Shown here: piece after piece, positions 30,072-41,814 of the stretch
How positions within the stretch are numbered: the first letter of the stretch is position 1
How the letters are laid out: each line of letters starts with the position of its first letter
Assembly: GCA_963516335.1 (NCBI GenBank)
Contig: CAUQCZ010000001.1
Location: forward strand, 1 to 61,220
Length of the DNA: 61,220 nucleotides
Reading direction: 5' to 3'
From: an uncultured Campylobacter sp.
GTDB taxonomy: Bacteria; Campylobacterota; Campylobacteria; Campylobacterales; Campylobacteraceae
Notes under the pieces: model-generated
Told to the model about the DNA's origin: nothing
The model's database searches: none
Seen by the model: the letters and a program-made list of their open reading frames with translations, nothing else
Translations under genes and position numbers: made by a program

Positions 30072-30596
30072 TTACATGCATCCGCAACCGCAACCTCCGC
30101 TTGATTTTATCGCGTCAAATACCGCGTCGTAGTTCGGTTCGTCCGTGATCTCGGGGACGATTTGTTTGTGGATTATAACGCCGTCTTTGATGACGAAAAC
30201 GGCTCTGGCTAAAAGCCCCGCAAGTGGCCCTTCGCCGATGATTACGCCGTATTTTTCGCCAAACTCTTTAGCTCTAAAGTCGCTGCCGACTTTTAGGTTT
30301 TTGATGCCCTCCGTAGAGCAAAATCTACCCATCGCAAACGGCAAATCCATCGAAACTACGCTTAGTTTGATCGCCTCTTTAGCTGCCATTTTTTCGTTAA
30401 ATTTACGCGTCTCCGTAGCGCAAACGCCCGTATCCAGAGACGGAACGGCGACTAGTATCTCGATGCCGTTGTTGCCGCCGACCTTAAACTCGCCCAGATC
30501 TTGTCCCACTAGCGTAACTTCTGGCGCATATGAGCCCACGAATACCTCTTCGCCTTTTAGCGCGACGTCTGCGCCGTGAAATTTGACTTTTGTCAT
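30072..30596 (-). CDS. tpx: Thiol peroxidase (atypical 2-Cys peroxiredoxin)
   Basis: VPSLDTGVC, SMDLPFAMGRFC, LLARAVFV; start moved to ATG 30596 after an AAGGA RBS. Confidence 0.93.
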   Translation of the reverse strand: MTKVKFHGADVALKGEEVFVGSYAPEVTLVGQDLGEFKVGGNNGIEILVAVPSLDTGVCATETRKFNEKMAAKEAIKLSVVSMDLPFAMGRFCSTEGIKNLKVGSDFRAKEFGEKYGVIIGEGPLAGLLARAVFVIKDGVIIHKQIVPEITDEPNYDAVFDAIKSSGGCGCGCM

Positions 30597-30743
30597 GTTT
30601 TTCCTTTGTTTTAAATTTAATCGTAACGCAGATATTACCATACTTTTAACAACGGCTGAAAAACAAAAAATCACGTAAAATTTAAGACGGCAGTTATCTA
30701 TAAAGTGCTATACTATTTGACATCAATTATCAAGGAGTGACAA

Positions 30744-30902
30744 ATGAGCGACAAAGAAATCTTAGCTTCGCTTGAAGCAAAACGCACGAAATGCGTCGTT
30801 TACACCCGCGTAATGGGCTACCACCGCCCTGTAGAGAGCTTTAACCTCGGTAAAAAAGGCGAGCATAAAGAGCGCGTCAAATTTTGCGAACGCAAAGCCT
30901 AA
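30744..30902 (+). CDS. nrdD: Stand-alone glycyl-radical domain of anaerobic (class III) ribonucleotide reductase, 52 aa
   Basis: AAGGAG RBS and ATG; MSDKEILASLEAKRTKCVVYTRVMGYHRPVESFNLGKKGEHKERVKFCERKA carries the NrdD C-terminal RVMGY...FNxGKxxE motif; not in the ORF track. Confidence 0.85.
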   Translation: MSDKEILASLEAKRTKCVVYTRVMGYHRPVESFNLGKKGEHKERVKFCERKA

Positions 30903-30920
30903 CCTAACCGCGAGTAAAAC

Positions 30921-31607
30921 GTGAAAGACGCCGATTTTCCGCTTTACTCGCTCACCCCCTTTACGACACTTGACTACCCCGACAAAACGGCCTGCATAGC
31001 GTGGTTTGCGGGCTGCAACATGCGCTGTGCCTACTGCTACAACGTCCCTATCGTCACGGGCGAAGGACAGATTAGCCGCGCCGAGTTTATCAAATTTTTA
31101 GACAAGCGCAAAGGCAAGCTTAGCGGCGTGGTTTTTAGCGGCGGCGAATGCACTCTTAGCCCGGCCTTTTTGCCGCTAGCTCGTGAAGTAAAGTCGCGCG
31201 GCTTTTCGCTCAAAGTCGATACCAACGGCTCAAATTTGACCATACTTCAGCAGGCTATCTCGCTAAATTTGATCGACTATATCGCGCTTGATTTTAAATC
31301 GACGAAGGAGAAATTTATCAAGGTTGCGGGCTCAAATTTGTATAAAAATTTCTTACAGACGCTTGAGTTTTTGTTGCAAACCGGCTTTAAATTTGAGGTT
31401 AGAACGACGGTGCACGCGGACTTGCTAGACGAGGCCGATATCTCTGCTATGAGCGAGATTTTGTACGAACACGGATACAGAGGCGTTTACTATCTAAAAA
31501 ATTTACTCCACACTGGCGAAAAATTCGGAAATTTAACGCAGGCGAAGGCTAAAATTGATCCAAATTTGATCCGTTCTAATTTAGAAATAGGGCTTAGAAA
31601 TTTTTAG
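30921..31607 (+). CDS. nrdG: Anaerobic ribonucleotide reductase activase (radical SAM)
   Basis: TLDYPDK, GCNMRCAYCYN, FSGGE, KVDTNG, FEVRTT. Confidence 0.9.
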   Translation: MKDADFPLYSLTPFTTLDYPDKTACIAWFAGCNMRCAYCYNVPIVTGEGQISRAEFIKFLDKRKGKLSGVVFSGGECTLSPAFLPLAREVKSRGFSLKVDTNGSNLTILQQAISLNLIDYIALDFKSTKEKFIKVAGSNLYKNFLQTLEFLLQTGFKFEVRTTVHADLLDEADISAMSEILYEHGYRGVYYLKNLLHTGEKFGNLTQAKAKIDPNLIRSNLEIGLRNF

Positions 31608-31620
31608 TAAATTTAGTCAA

Positions 31621-31657
31621 ATTTGGCGCTCAAAAGGGCAAATTTGGAGCGCCAAAT
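31621..31657. terminator. Hairpin between convergent genes
   Basis: ATTTGGCGCTC ... GAGCGCCAAAT inverted repeat. Confidence 0.65.
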
Positions 31658-31668
31658 CTCGCAAATCA

Positions 31669-32320
31669 TCACTTCCAGTTGTGATATCTGCTAATTTTAA
31701 TAAACGTTACGATCTTTTTTAGCTCGGGCGCGTCGCTTAGTACCTGCACTTTTACGTTATATTCGCCTTTTTTAAGCTCTGCTCGGAGCAAAACTTTATC
31801 GTACGCAAAGCCTACATTTGGAGCGCTGCACTATGAAACACGGCCTATTTTGACGCATCAAAGGTTTCGGCTGGGACACTCAAATTTTGTTTTAGATCGT
31901 TCGCCTAGCCGCCTTTTACGTGGCTTATTTTGCGGTTTTATAGAGATTTTAGCATAACTTTTAGCAATATTTTCGCCCGCACAGGCCGCTTTTTCCTCTT
32001 CGCTCGTACCCATAGGCTCAGGGACGCCTTGCATCGTATTAGCAGCTGTAGTTTTCTGGCAAAACCGCTTCGTAAATACATCGCTGCCGTATCCAGGGAT
32101 GACCTCCTCGCTGAGCTTTTCTTCCTCTTTTTGCTTTTTACGCGTAGATGAAACTTATCTCGTAAACACCGGCTTTTTTGACGGTAAAATTTATATCGGT
32201 CTCGTTACCGAACTTAGGCGTATAGGCTCTTTGTAAATGCCCTCATCAAGCGTATCGCCTCCCAAAAAATCAAACCCATAACAAAAAATGCCGATAAAAA
32301 ACACCGCAAAAAAACATCAA
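31669..32320 (-). pseudogene. Degraded exported-protein gene with multiple frameshifts
   Basis: Minus-strand fragments in different frames: hydrophobic FFAVFFIGIFCYGF, ETDINFTVKKAGVYEISF, and C-terminal LRAELKKGEYNVKVQVLSDAPELKKIVTFIKISRYHNWK*. Confidence 0.55.
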
Positions 32321-32354
32321 AAATAGGCAAAATTTAACCTTCGAATTTAATGTT

Positions 32355-32789
32355 TTATCTATTTGGAGCGTAGGTTTTTACCTCGTATAACAAAAAATCA
32401 TACACGCGCTGCTGCACGAGGCCTTCGTATTCGTCGGCGTCGATGAGCCTGCGTAGGTGCTCGAAGTCGATCTTTAACGCGTAGTTTTTGTTCGCTCTGA
32501 TGGCCTGATCGATCGCTAAGAGCAAGCTATCAAGCGTCATCGGGTCTTTGCGTTTGATACGGGAGACGTATTCTCTGGTGGTTTCGATAAGTACGCGTTT
32601 GCGGTTCTCGTCGCCGCCGTAAATTTCGCTCGAGATGTCGTATAAATTTGCAAAATCTTCCTCTTCGGGATTGAGTTTAGCCGAGATGATAGCCGCAAAG
32701 ATCTTCGCGCGAAACTCCAGCGAGCGGTGGTGATAGACCAAAAACTCCCTAAACAACGACAAAAATTTACATTTTATATCAAACCCCAT
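32355..32789 (-). CDS. Hypothetical protein
   Basis: 144-aa ORF with host-like codon usage (HHRSLEFRAKIFAAII). Confidence 0.75.
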   Translation of the reverse strand: MGFDIKCKFLSLFREFLVYHHRSLEFRAKIFAAIISAKLNPEEEDFANLYDISSEIYGGDENRKRVLIETTREYVSRIKRKDPMTLDSLLLAIDQAIRANKNYALKIDFEHLRRLIDADEYEGLVQQRVYDFLLYEVKTYAPNR

Positions 32790-32836
32790 GTTGCCGCCTA
32801 AAATATATTTAAGTAAAATTTGAGTAAAATCGCTCT

Positions 32837-32941
32837 TGCCCTTTCTTAGACCTGTGCAATGTCTCTTCTAGGCACCGCTTCAGGGTGGGAACACAGCAGA
32901 GCACTTAGGCTAGGCGTGTGCCGCAGTCATCTGAGAGAGGG
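32837..32941 (+). ncRNA. ffs: Signal recognition particle 4.5S RNA
   Basis: Domain IV TCAGG-GTG-GGAA-CAC-AGCAG; terminal stem CCCTTTCTTAGA/TCTGAGAGAGGG; -10 box TAAAAT at 32825-32830. Confidence 0.9.
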
Positions 32942-32944
32942 TTT

Positions 32945-34174
32945 TTAAACCTGCAAAAGCGAAAAATGCTCCTTAAAATCATCGCAAACTTTTAAAAAAT
33001 TCACTCCGTCCAAGCTCTGATTTTTCTGAAAAAATTTATCCATATTATTAAAGCCTTCGGTTAGTTCGTTTGACTTTACGCCGTAGCTGATCGAGATCCC
33101 CGCCTCGAAAAACGCCGCGAGTTTATCGCAAAATTTAAGCGCTTTACCGTCGATGGCGTTAAATTTATCCTCGTTTACATTCTCCATCGTACCCTCGTGA
33201 TGCAGAGGCTTTTTCTCGCAAATTCTATTTTCAAACTCGTTTTTGATAAATTTGCCGCCTTCCATACGGATGCCTAGGATATAGCTAAACTCGTCTCTAA
33301 AATTTTCAGGCACGAAAGGCAAAATTTTCTCGTCTATCAGGCGCATTTCGTATTCGCTGATTATCTCGTTTAGCCCTTCGATACCGTATTTTACGGGGCT
33401 GATTATATCGCGCGTTAGAGACTCGGGCAGATCGTGAAAGAGCGCGCAAAAGAAGTTATTTTCAAGCCTCGTTTTGCAGGCCTTAACCTCAAGAGAGTAA
33501 AAATAACTCAAAATCGCCACGACTAGCATGTGGCCTAAAACCGCCGTTTCAGGGATGCGAGGCGTCTGCGCCCAGCGCTTTTGAAAGCGCAGTCTACCGG
33601 CTAGATCGACTAGCTTAGCCAGCTTTTGATTCATCACGATTTTACGCACGCCTATTAGCTCGTAATAATCCTCTAGCTCCTCCTCCACGCGCGCTTTTAG
33701 CTCATCTATGTCGCTTAAAAATTTGCTCGTTTGATAAACAATCGAAAACTCCCAACGCGTCGCGAGATAGCTAGCGGCCTTTAGGATCAGGCGCTCTTTG
33801 GCATGAGCTTTGTCTTTGTACGTGAGATATCGGCGCATACGCTCTAAAAATTTACCGCCCTCGACATCCTTTACGAGCCCTTCTAGTATCCCAAGTACCC
33901 AGGCGTTTATCTGCTCGTTTTTGGTTTTTTGCATCTGATGAAACACGTCCGGGCGTATATCCGTGACCACTACTCGCGCGAGAAACTCGAAAATACCCGC
34001 CTCGATGATGTAGTTCATATCGGCATTATGCTCGAGCTTTGCGATGAAATACGCGATGATAAATTTATGCGCCTGCTTATCAAGCTCAACTAAATTCGTC
34101 ATCTTCGGATAGTCGTTCCAGCGCGAGATGGACGCGGCCTTAAAGATGTGTTCGATCAGCTGTGCGCTTATCAT
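32945..34174 (-). CDS. HD-domain phosphohydrolase with a duplicated YfbR-like domain
   Basis: RFQKRW...ETAVLGH, ALFHDLPESLTRDIISPVK, CDKL; degenerate N-terminal copy (ISRWND...KQAH). Confidence 0.85.
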   Translation of the reverse strand: MISAQLIEHIFKAASISRWNDYPKMTNLVELDKQAHKFIIAYFIAKLEHNADMNYIIEAGIFEFLARVVVTDIRPDVFHQMQKTKNEQINAWVLGILEGLVKDVEGGKFLERMRRYLTYKDKAHAKERLILKAASYLATRWEFSIVYQTSKFLSDIDELKARVEEELEDYYELIGVRKIVMNQKLAKLVDLAGRLRFQKRWAQTPRIPETAVLGHMLVVAILSYFYSLEVKACKTRLENNFFCALFHDLPESLTRDIISPVKYGIEGLNEIISEYEMRLIDEKILPFVPENFRDEFSYILGIRMEGGKFIKNEFENRICEKKPLHHEGTMENVNEDKFNAIDGKALKFCDKLAAFFEAGISISYGVKSNELTEGFNNMDKFFQKNQSLDGVNFLKVCDDFKEHFSLLQV

Positions 34175-34875
34175 TTATCGTCCGATTTTTTCACGACGCG
34201 AGCGCGCTTTTCGCCGGCAAATTCAGGCTTTTTAAAGCCATCTTTACTGCCCGTTCTTCGCGGTTTGTCGTCAAATTTATCTTTGCTCGCGCGAGGTTTT
34301 CTATCGCCTGTTTTTGCGTCTCTTTTAGCAGCTCCGAAACTCTTACCGCGAGAGCCGTCTTTACTAAATTTAGACTCGCGTGCTCCGTAACCGCCTCTAT
34401 CAAAACTTCGCTCGCTATCTCGCGTAAATTTCTCAAATTTCGGTGTTTCAAAGCTTTGTTCTTGCGTTTTTTTGATTATCTCGTCCGAGCAAATTTCAAT
34501 CACGGTATGGACGTTGCCGCGCGGATTAAAGTCGCCCGTGATCTTCATCCATTTTGGCGCCAGTTTTCTCTCTAAAACGCCATAAATTTCGTTTATACTA
34601 TCTTCGTGGCTGATGTTACGCGTCATAAAACTGTTGATGTAGAGTTTGATCGCTTTTAGTTCGACGACGAATTTAGCCGGCACGTACTCAAGATATATCG
34701 TCGCAAAATCAGGATACCCCGAGCGCGGACATAAGCAACAAAACTCCGGCAGAGTGATTTTTATCTTATAGTCGCGCTCGTGCTTGTTTTCCCAGATTTC
34801 CAGGTCTTTTTCTACGTCAAATTCGCTTATTATTTTCTCGCCGTATTTTAGCTCTACGACCTCGTTTTCTTGCAT
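34171..34875 (-). CDS. queF: preQ1 synthase QueF with a basic low-complexity C-terminal tail of about 100 aa
   Basis: PEFCCLCPRSGYPDFA, VELKAIKLY, SHE, FNPRGNV. Confidence 0.92.
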   Translation of the reverse strand: MQENEVVELKYGEKIISEFDVEKDLEIWENKHERDYKIKITLPEFCCLCPRSGYPDFATIYLEYVPAKFVVELKAIKLYINSFMTRNISHEDSINEIYGVLERKLAPKWMKITGDFNPRGNVHTVIEICSDEIIKKTQEQSFETPKFEKFTRDSERSFDRGGYGARESKFSKDGSRGKSFGAAKRDAKTGDRKPRASKDKFDDKPRRTGSKDGFKKPEFAGEKRARVVKKSDDK

Positions 34876-34884
34876 TTTTTTCCT

Positions 34885-36276
34885 TTAAATTTCCTTTGGC
34901 TTTTCTATAAAAAAGCCCTGCGCGAAGTCGGTCTGATAGCGCTCCACGATGTTAAAGAACTCCTCGTTCTCCACAAATCTCACAATAGTCTTCACGCCTA
35001 ATCTTTTTGCGGTTAAATTTAGATTTTCAAACAGAGTTTTAAATTTATCGTTTTTGATATTTTTGTTAAATTCTATGTCGTAGATAACAAAATCTATCGG
35101 CAAAAATTTAAAATACTCAAATCCGGCATTATTACCGCCGAATTTATTTAGTGCGAAGCGAAAACCTAGATTTTTATACTCCGTTAAGATTTCTTTAAAT
35201 CTATTTATCTCGTCATACACTAGCTTCTCACTAAACTCGAAAATAATGCGATTTGGATCGATCTTTCCCATCTGCGCGAACTCTTTTATAAAATTTATAA
35301 ATTTTATATTTCTAAGCGAGACGGATGAAATTTCGATCATAAGCGGATCGTTATCTTTAAATTTAATTTCGGATAATTTTTTAATAATATTTATATCAAA
35401 AAGTACCTCGTAGCCGTTTTTATTTGCGATATTTTGTACTTTTCGCTTTGAGACTAGGCCTTGCATATCGGTATAAATTTTGATCAAAACGTTTTTTAAA
35501 TTTTGTCCGAAACGAAGGCTTTTAACGAGTTGGGTTTGAAAAATAAATCTTTGCATATCAATGCAGTTACAGACATCTTTTTCAAGGTCGTCGGTAACGT
35601 CTACTTTATCGTCGCTATCTTCTTCGTTTAGCTTTTGGATTAGATAAGAGACCGTGTTTTTAAGGCTTGCGGAGTGATTTATATCTACGGCGTCAAATTT
35701 AATCTTTAACTCGATATTATAAATCCCGTCGTTTAAAAGACTCTTCTCAAAAACGCTTAAAAGATGGAGTAACTCGGTACTTTTACTCTCGCAAAAGATC
35801 AAAAAATACTCATTTGAATATCTGCCGATAAGCGTATTTTTAGAGACTTTTTCGTTTAGAAATTTTTCCAGCCGCTCAACTAATCGTTTTAACAAAATAT
35901 CGGTACTTACAAAGCTATAACGCTCGTTTAGATCGTTTAAATTCTCGATCTTTAGCATTACCGCATTACCGCCGCTCTTTCCTTTAAATTTAGAAGCCTG
36001 TTTTGAAAGTAGGCGTAAAATCTCATCTCTACTAAAAGCCTTGGTTATCTGATCTAACGTGCTTGTTTGAAAGCTTTGATAAATTTTATAAACCGTAAAA
36101 TAAACCTGACACAAAACCAAAATCGTGATCAAAATAATGTCATCGGCGTCAAATTTAACCTCTTCTTTTTTAATAAAAATATAGACTAAAATGATAATAC
36201 TGAAAAAAAGTATCGAAGATACTTCAAGAGCGGTTTTAAACCGATGGGATCTCTCTTTTAGTTCTGATTTTAGCAT
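34885..36276 (-). CDS. Membrane-anchored degenerate GGDEF-EAL protein
   Basis: 2 TM helices; DQITKAFSR, LNERY and GRYSNEYF (GGDEF position degenerate); EAL-like domain with IIFEFSE, FALNKFG and AQGFFIEKP. Confidence 0.8.
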   Translation of the reverse strand: MLKSELKERSHRFKTALEVSSILFFSIIILVYIFIKKEEVKFDADDIILITILVLCQVYFTVYKIYQSFQTSTLDQITKAFSRDEILRLLSKQASKFKGKSGGNAVMLKIENLNDLNERYSFVSTDILLKRLVERLEKFLNEKVSKNTLIGRYSNEYFLIFCESKSTELLHLLSVFEKSLLNDGIYNIELKIKFDAVDINHSASLKNTVSYLIQKLNEEDSDDKVDVTDDLEKDVCNCIDMQRFIFQTQLVKSLRFGQNLKNVLIKIYTDMQGLVSKRKVQNIANKNGYEVLFDINIIKKLSEIKFKDNDPLMIEISSVSLRNIKFINFIKEFAQMGKIDPNRIIFEFSEKLVYDEINRFKEILTEYKNLGFRFALNKFGGNNAGFEYFKFLPIDFVIYDIEFNKNIKNDKFKTLFENLNLTAKRLGVKTIVRFVENEEFFNIVERYQTDFAQGFFIEKPKEI

Positions 36277-36277
36277 C

Positions 36278-38590
<2,313 letters not shown>

Positions 38591-38603
38591 TTACCTTTTA
38601 TTT

Positions 38604-39671
38604 TTATAAATTTATCGGCATTATTACCGTTTTTAGCTCGTTTGAGCTAACCGTAAAAGCTAAATTAGAGTCGTTAAATCCAAATTCGAAATGTTCCTCT
38701 TCGATATTTTGCAAGAAATCAAGCAAATATCTATTTTTTACGCCGACGTAAATTTCGCTTTCAAGCCCCGTTGCAAAATCAATCGAAGTTTTAGCTTCCG
38801 AATTATCCTCGACTATGCTCTCAAAACTTACCGTTTGCGGGGCAAATACTATTTTGGTACTTTCAGACATGATAGAGACGGTTTTTATGCCTTCTATCAT
38901 TTTATCTCTGCTTAGTCTTAGACGTTTTTTTATCTCTTGCGGGATTACTCTATTATAATCCGGAAATTTACCGTTAATCAGCTTCGTAAAAAACTCGAAA
39001 TTTGAGCTTTGAGCTATCAAAGTCGTATCGTCGTAGTAAATTTCTATTTTATCAAAAAATAGTTTTTGGATTTCGCCGATTGCTTTTTTTGGGATTATTA
39101 GCGAAAATTCGCTTTGCGTAGGGGTTTCAAGTCTAAAGACGCTTAGTCTTTTAGTATCGGTTCCTACTATGTTAATATAGTTTTGCTTTATATCGATAAA
39201 TGCGCCGTTTAGCTCAAATTTCGGATTATTGTTGTCGATACTCGGGAATATTTTTTTTAGACTTCGGCCTAGCATTACGGCGTCGACTTCAAATTTATTT
39301 TTATTTTCTACGGTAGGAAAATTCGGAAAATCTTCAAATTTATACATAGGAAGTTTGTATTTTGAGTTTTTTTGCTTTATATAGAGATAGTTATTTAGCG
39401 TTTCTAGCGTAACTTCTTCGTCTTTTAGACTTCTTATGATATCAAGCAGTTTTTTACCGTTTGCGGTAGCGTTTCCTTCGTCCATGATTTTGACGTTTGA
39501 GAGCTTATAGGCTAGACCGATTTCGTGATCGGTTGCTTTGACTTTTAAAATACCGTCTTTAGCTGCGATAAATATATGCGAAGTTATAGCGCTTAAATCT
39601 CTTTTTTCTAAATAAGGATTAGCATTGTTTATTACGCTTTCTAGAGCGTTTTTGTTAATTGCGACTTTCAT
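38604..39671 (-). CDS. dnaN: DNA polymerase III beta clamp
   Basis: ATDHEI, GTDTKRL, GKFPDY, C-terminal VIMP; lies between dnaA and gyrB. Confidence 0.96.
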   Translation of the reverse strand: MKVAINKNALESVINNANPYLEKRDLSAITSHIFIAAKDGILKVKATDHEIGLAYKLSNVKIMDEGNATANGKKLLDIIRSLKDEEVTLETLNNYLYIKQKNSKYKLPMYKFEDFPNFPTVENKNKFEVDAVMLGRSLKKIFPSIDNNNPKFELNGAFIDIKQNYINIVGTDTKRLSVFRLETPTQSEFSLIIPKKAIGEIQKLFFDKIEIYYDDTTLIAQSSNFEFFTKLINGKFPDYNRVIPQEIKKRLRLSRDKMIEGIKTVSIMSESTKIVFAPQTVSFESIVEDNSEAKTSIDFATGLESEIYVGVKNRYLLDFLQNIEEEHFEFGFNDSNLAFTVSSNELKTVIMPINL

Positions 39672-39809
39672 TTTTTTCCTTTTGTTTTTAAATTTCTTTT
39701 AGTAGTATTAGTAAGGGACGTGAAAATGTTAATATCCTTTTTTAGTCCCGTAGATAGGTATTTTGCGTCGTTAATAAAATCTTGATTTTTTTCACTTTTA
39801 TTCACGTTT
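39672..39809. other. oriC: oriC2: unwinding subregion with DnaA boxes and DnaA-trios
   Basis: AT-rich stretch; TAG-TAG-TAT-TAG-TAA trios at 39700-39714; GGGAC; box CGTGAAAAT at 39719-39727; further boxes TTTTTCACT 39788-39796 and TTATTCACG 39798-39806. Confidence 0.85.
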
Positions 39810-41120
39810 TTACTCTTTGGTTAAAATTTTATTTTTTAGTTCTTCGACGCGAACTTTAAAGTATTCGTTCGTTTCGATTAGTTCGTTTATTTTTTTGATG
39901 CTGTGGCTTACGGCCGAGTGATCTTTCATATTAAAAAACTGCGCGATCTGCGGCATCGAGTTTGGCGTCAAATTTTTAGCCAGATATATCACGATGCGTC
40001 TAGCCTCGACGATATTTTTCGAGCGCGATTTACTTTTCATATCGCTAGGTTTTATATTTAGTTCTTTACTCACGGTCTCTACGATGCTCTCTAAATTTAT
40101 ATTTTCGCGTTTTTCTTTTATCTGATCGCGCAGGATGTTTTTAGCAAATTCTAGCGTGATTTCCTGCCTCATTAGCCTTGCGTAAGCGTTTAAATTTATT
40201 ATCGCGCTTTCGATTTCTCGGATGTTGTCGCCCATGTTCGTAGCGATATAGTTTATGACGTCGGTACCAAGATAAATTTTATCAAATTCGCATTTTTTAT
40301 TGATAATTGCGATTTTAGTATCAAGTTCTGGCGGCGTGATATCAGCGATTATACCCCACTCAAAACGCGTTCTTAGCCTATCTTCAAAGCCTTTTAGCAG
40401 CTTTGGTTGGCGGTCTGAGGTCATCACGATTTGGCCGTTTTTGGCGTGAATCTCGTTAAACGTATGAAAAAATTCCTCTTGGATTTTATCCGTTTTACCT
40501 AAAAACTGCACGTCATCGATGAGTAAAACGTCGCAGTTTCGGTATTTTTCGCGAAATCGCTCCATCGAGTGGTTGTTGAGATTATACGTAAAATCCGTGA
40601 TAAACTGCTCGCTCGTGACGCAAATAACCATTTTGCCGCCGTTTAGGCAAAAATTTCCGACCGATTGTAAAAGGTGAGTTTTGCCCAGTCCCGTCGGGCC
40701 GTAGATAAAAAGAGGATTGTAAATTTTACCCGGCTGCTCGGAGACGGCTTTCGCGCTTAAAAATGCAAATTGATTCGAGTCGCCGACGACGAAATTTTCA
40801 AAAGTGTAGCTTGGATTTAGCAGGCTGCTTTGTGCTTTTATCTCTTTGACGTCCACTTTTTTGGCCGGTTTGCTTGCGGTTTTGGTCGGAGCTTGGACTT
40901 CGACGACCGGCTTTTGCCCGGTTTTTACTTCAAAAAGGTGAGCGATTTTAGCGGCGTATTTGGTCTGGATAAATTTGGCGATAATCTCGTTTGGCGCGTT
41001 AAATACGATGTTTGTTGAATTTGAGCTTTTTTCGTTAAATTTAAGCTGCTTGATGTAGCATTCAAATTCCGACGGTAAAATTTCTTTGGAAAGTAGCTCC
41101 AAAACCTCGTTTGCGACCAA
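39810..41120 (-). CDS. dnaA: Chromosomal replication initiator
   Basis: YTFENFVVG, NPLFIYGPTGLGKTHL, LLIDDVQF, KDHSAVSHS. Confidence 0.98.
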   Translation of the reverse strand: MVANEVLELLSKEILPSEFECYIKQLKFNEKSSNSTNIVFNAPNEIIAKFIQTKYAAKIAHLFEVKTGQKPVVEVQAPTKTASKPAKKVDVKEIKAQSSLLNPSYTFENFVVGDSNQFAFLSAKAVSEQPGKIYNPLFIYGPTGLGKTHLLQSVGNFCLNGGKMVICVTSEQFITDFTYNLNNHSMERFREKYRNCDVLLIDDVQFLGKTDKIQEEFFHTFNEIHAKNGQIVMTSDRQPKLLKGFEDRLRTRFEWGIIADITPPELDTKIAIINKKCEFDKIYLGTDVINYIATNMGDNIREIESAIINLNAYARLMRQEITLEFAKNILRDQIKEKRENINLESIVETVSKELNIKPSDMKSKSRSKNIVEARRIVIYLAKNLTPNSMPQIAQFFNMKDHSAVSHSIKKINELIETNEYFKVRVEELKNKILTKE

Positions 41121-41234
41121 ATTTTTGCCTTTAAGATTGATTCGCTAGATTTTATCTTAAATTTGTTAAAATGGCGTTGAAATTCGTTTTTTCACGGTGT
41201 GAAAAAAGCGTGAAAAACTATTGAAAAGGACGAG
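41121..41234. other. oriC: oriC1: DnaA box cluster between dnaA and ruvC
   Basis: TTTTTCACG 41188-41196, TGTGAAAAA 41198-41206, CGTGAAAAA 41209-41217. Confidence 0.75.
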
Positions 41235-41711
41235 ATGAAAATTTTAGGAATCGATCCGGGATCGCGAAATTGCGGCTATGCTATCGTCGAAAAGACGCCC
41301 GTGAAAACTCTTTTGATCGAGGCGGGACTAATCAAAATAAAACCGAATTCTTTACAGTATCAAATCACCGAACTTTGCGAGGGACTTGACCTAATTTTTA
41401 AAAATCACAAATTTGATGAAGTGGCGATCGAGGACATATTTTTTGCGTATAATCCAAAAACGGTTTTGAAGCTCGCGCAGTTTCGAGGGGCGCTCAGTCT
41501 TAAAATTTTGCAGCTTCACGGCGATTTTGCCGAGTATACGCCACTTCAGGTTAAAAAAACCGTCACGGGTAAAGCCAAGGCCGATAAAGAGCAAGTAGCC
41601 TTTATGGTTAAAAAAATTCTGGGTATCACGAAGGAGATCAAGCCGCTTGATATCACCGATGCCATCGCTATCGCGCTAACGCATGCGAATAATTTGCGGC
41701 TGAAGGGTTAG
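41235..41711 (+). CDS. ruvC: Holliday junction resolvase
   Basis: [30 protein letters not shown]. Confidence 0.96.
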   Translation: MKILGIDPGSRNCGYAIVEKTPVKTLLIEAGLIKIKPNSLQYQITELCEGLDLIFKNHKFDEVAIEDIFFAYNPKTVLKLAQFRGALSLKILQLHGDFAEYTPLQVKKTVTGKAKADKEQVAFMVKKILGITKEIKPLDITDAIAIALTHANNLRLKG

Positions 41712-41814
41712 TTTTTAGCCAAGCTCGGTTTAAAATTCGCGCTGAAATTTAGTTTATTTCGCGGCGTAAGCGATTAAATTTGATGCTAAAACCAGGCGGT
41801 AAATTTAATAAATT

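Noticed and set aside
30072..30100. GGCGCGCM tail of Tpx as a novelty
   Set aside because: To my recollection a similar Cys-rich tail is present in C. jejuni Tpx.
32837..32941. tRNA-Sec (selC), suggested by size and structure
   Set aside because: No TCA anticodon arm, T-loop or CCA end; the SRP domain IV motif fits instead.
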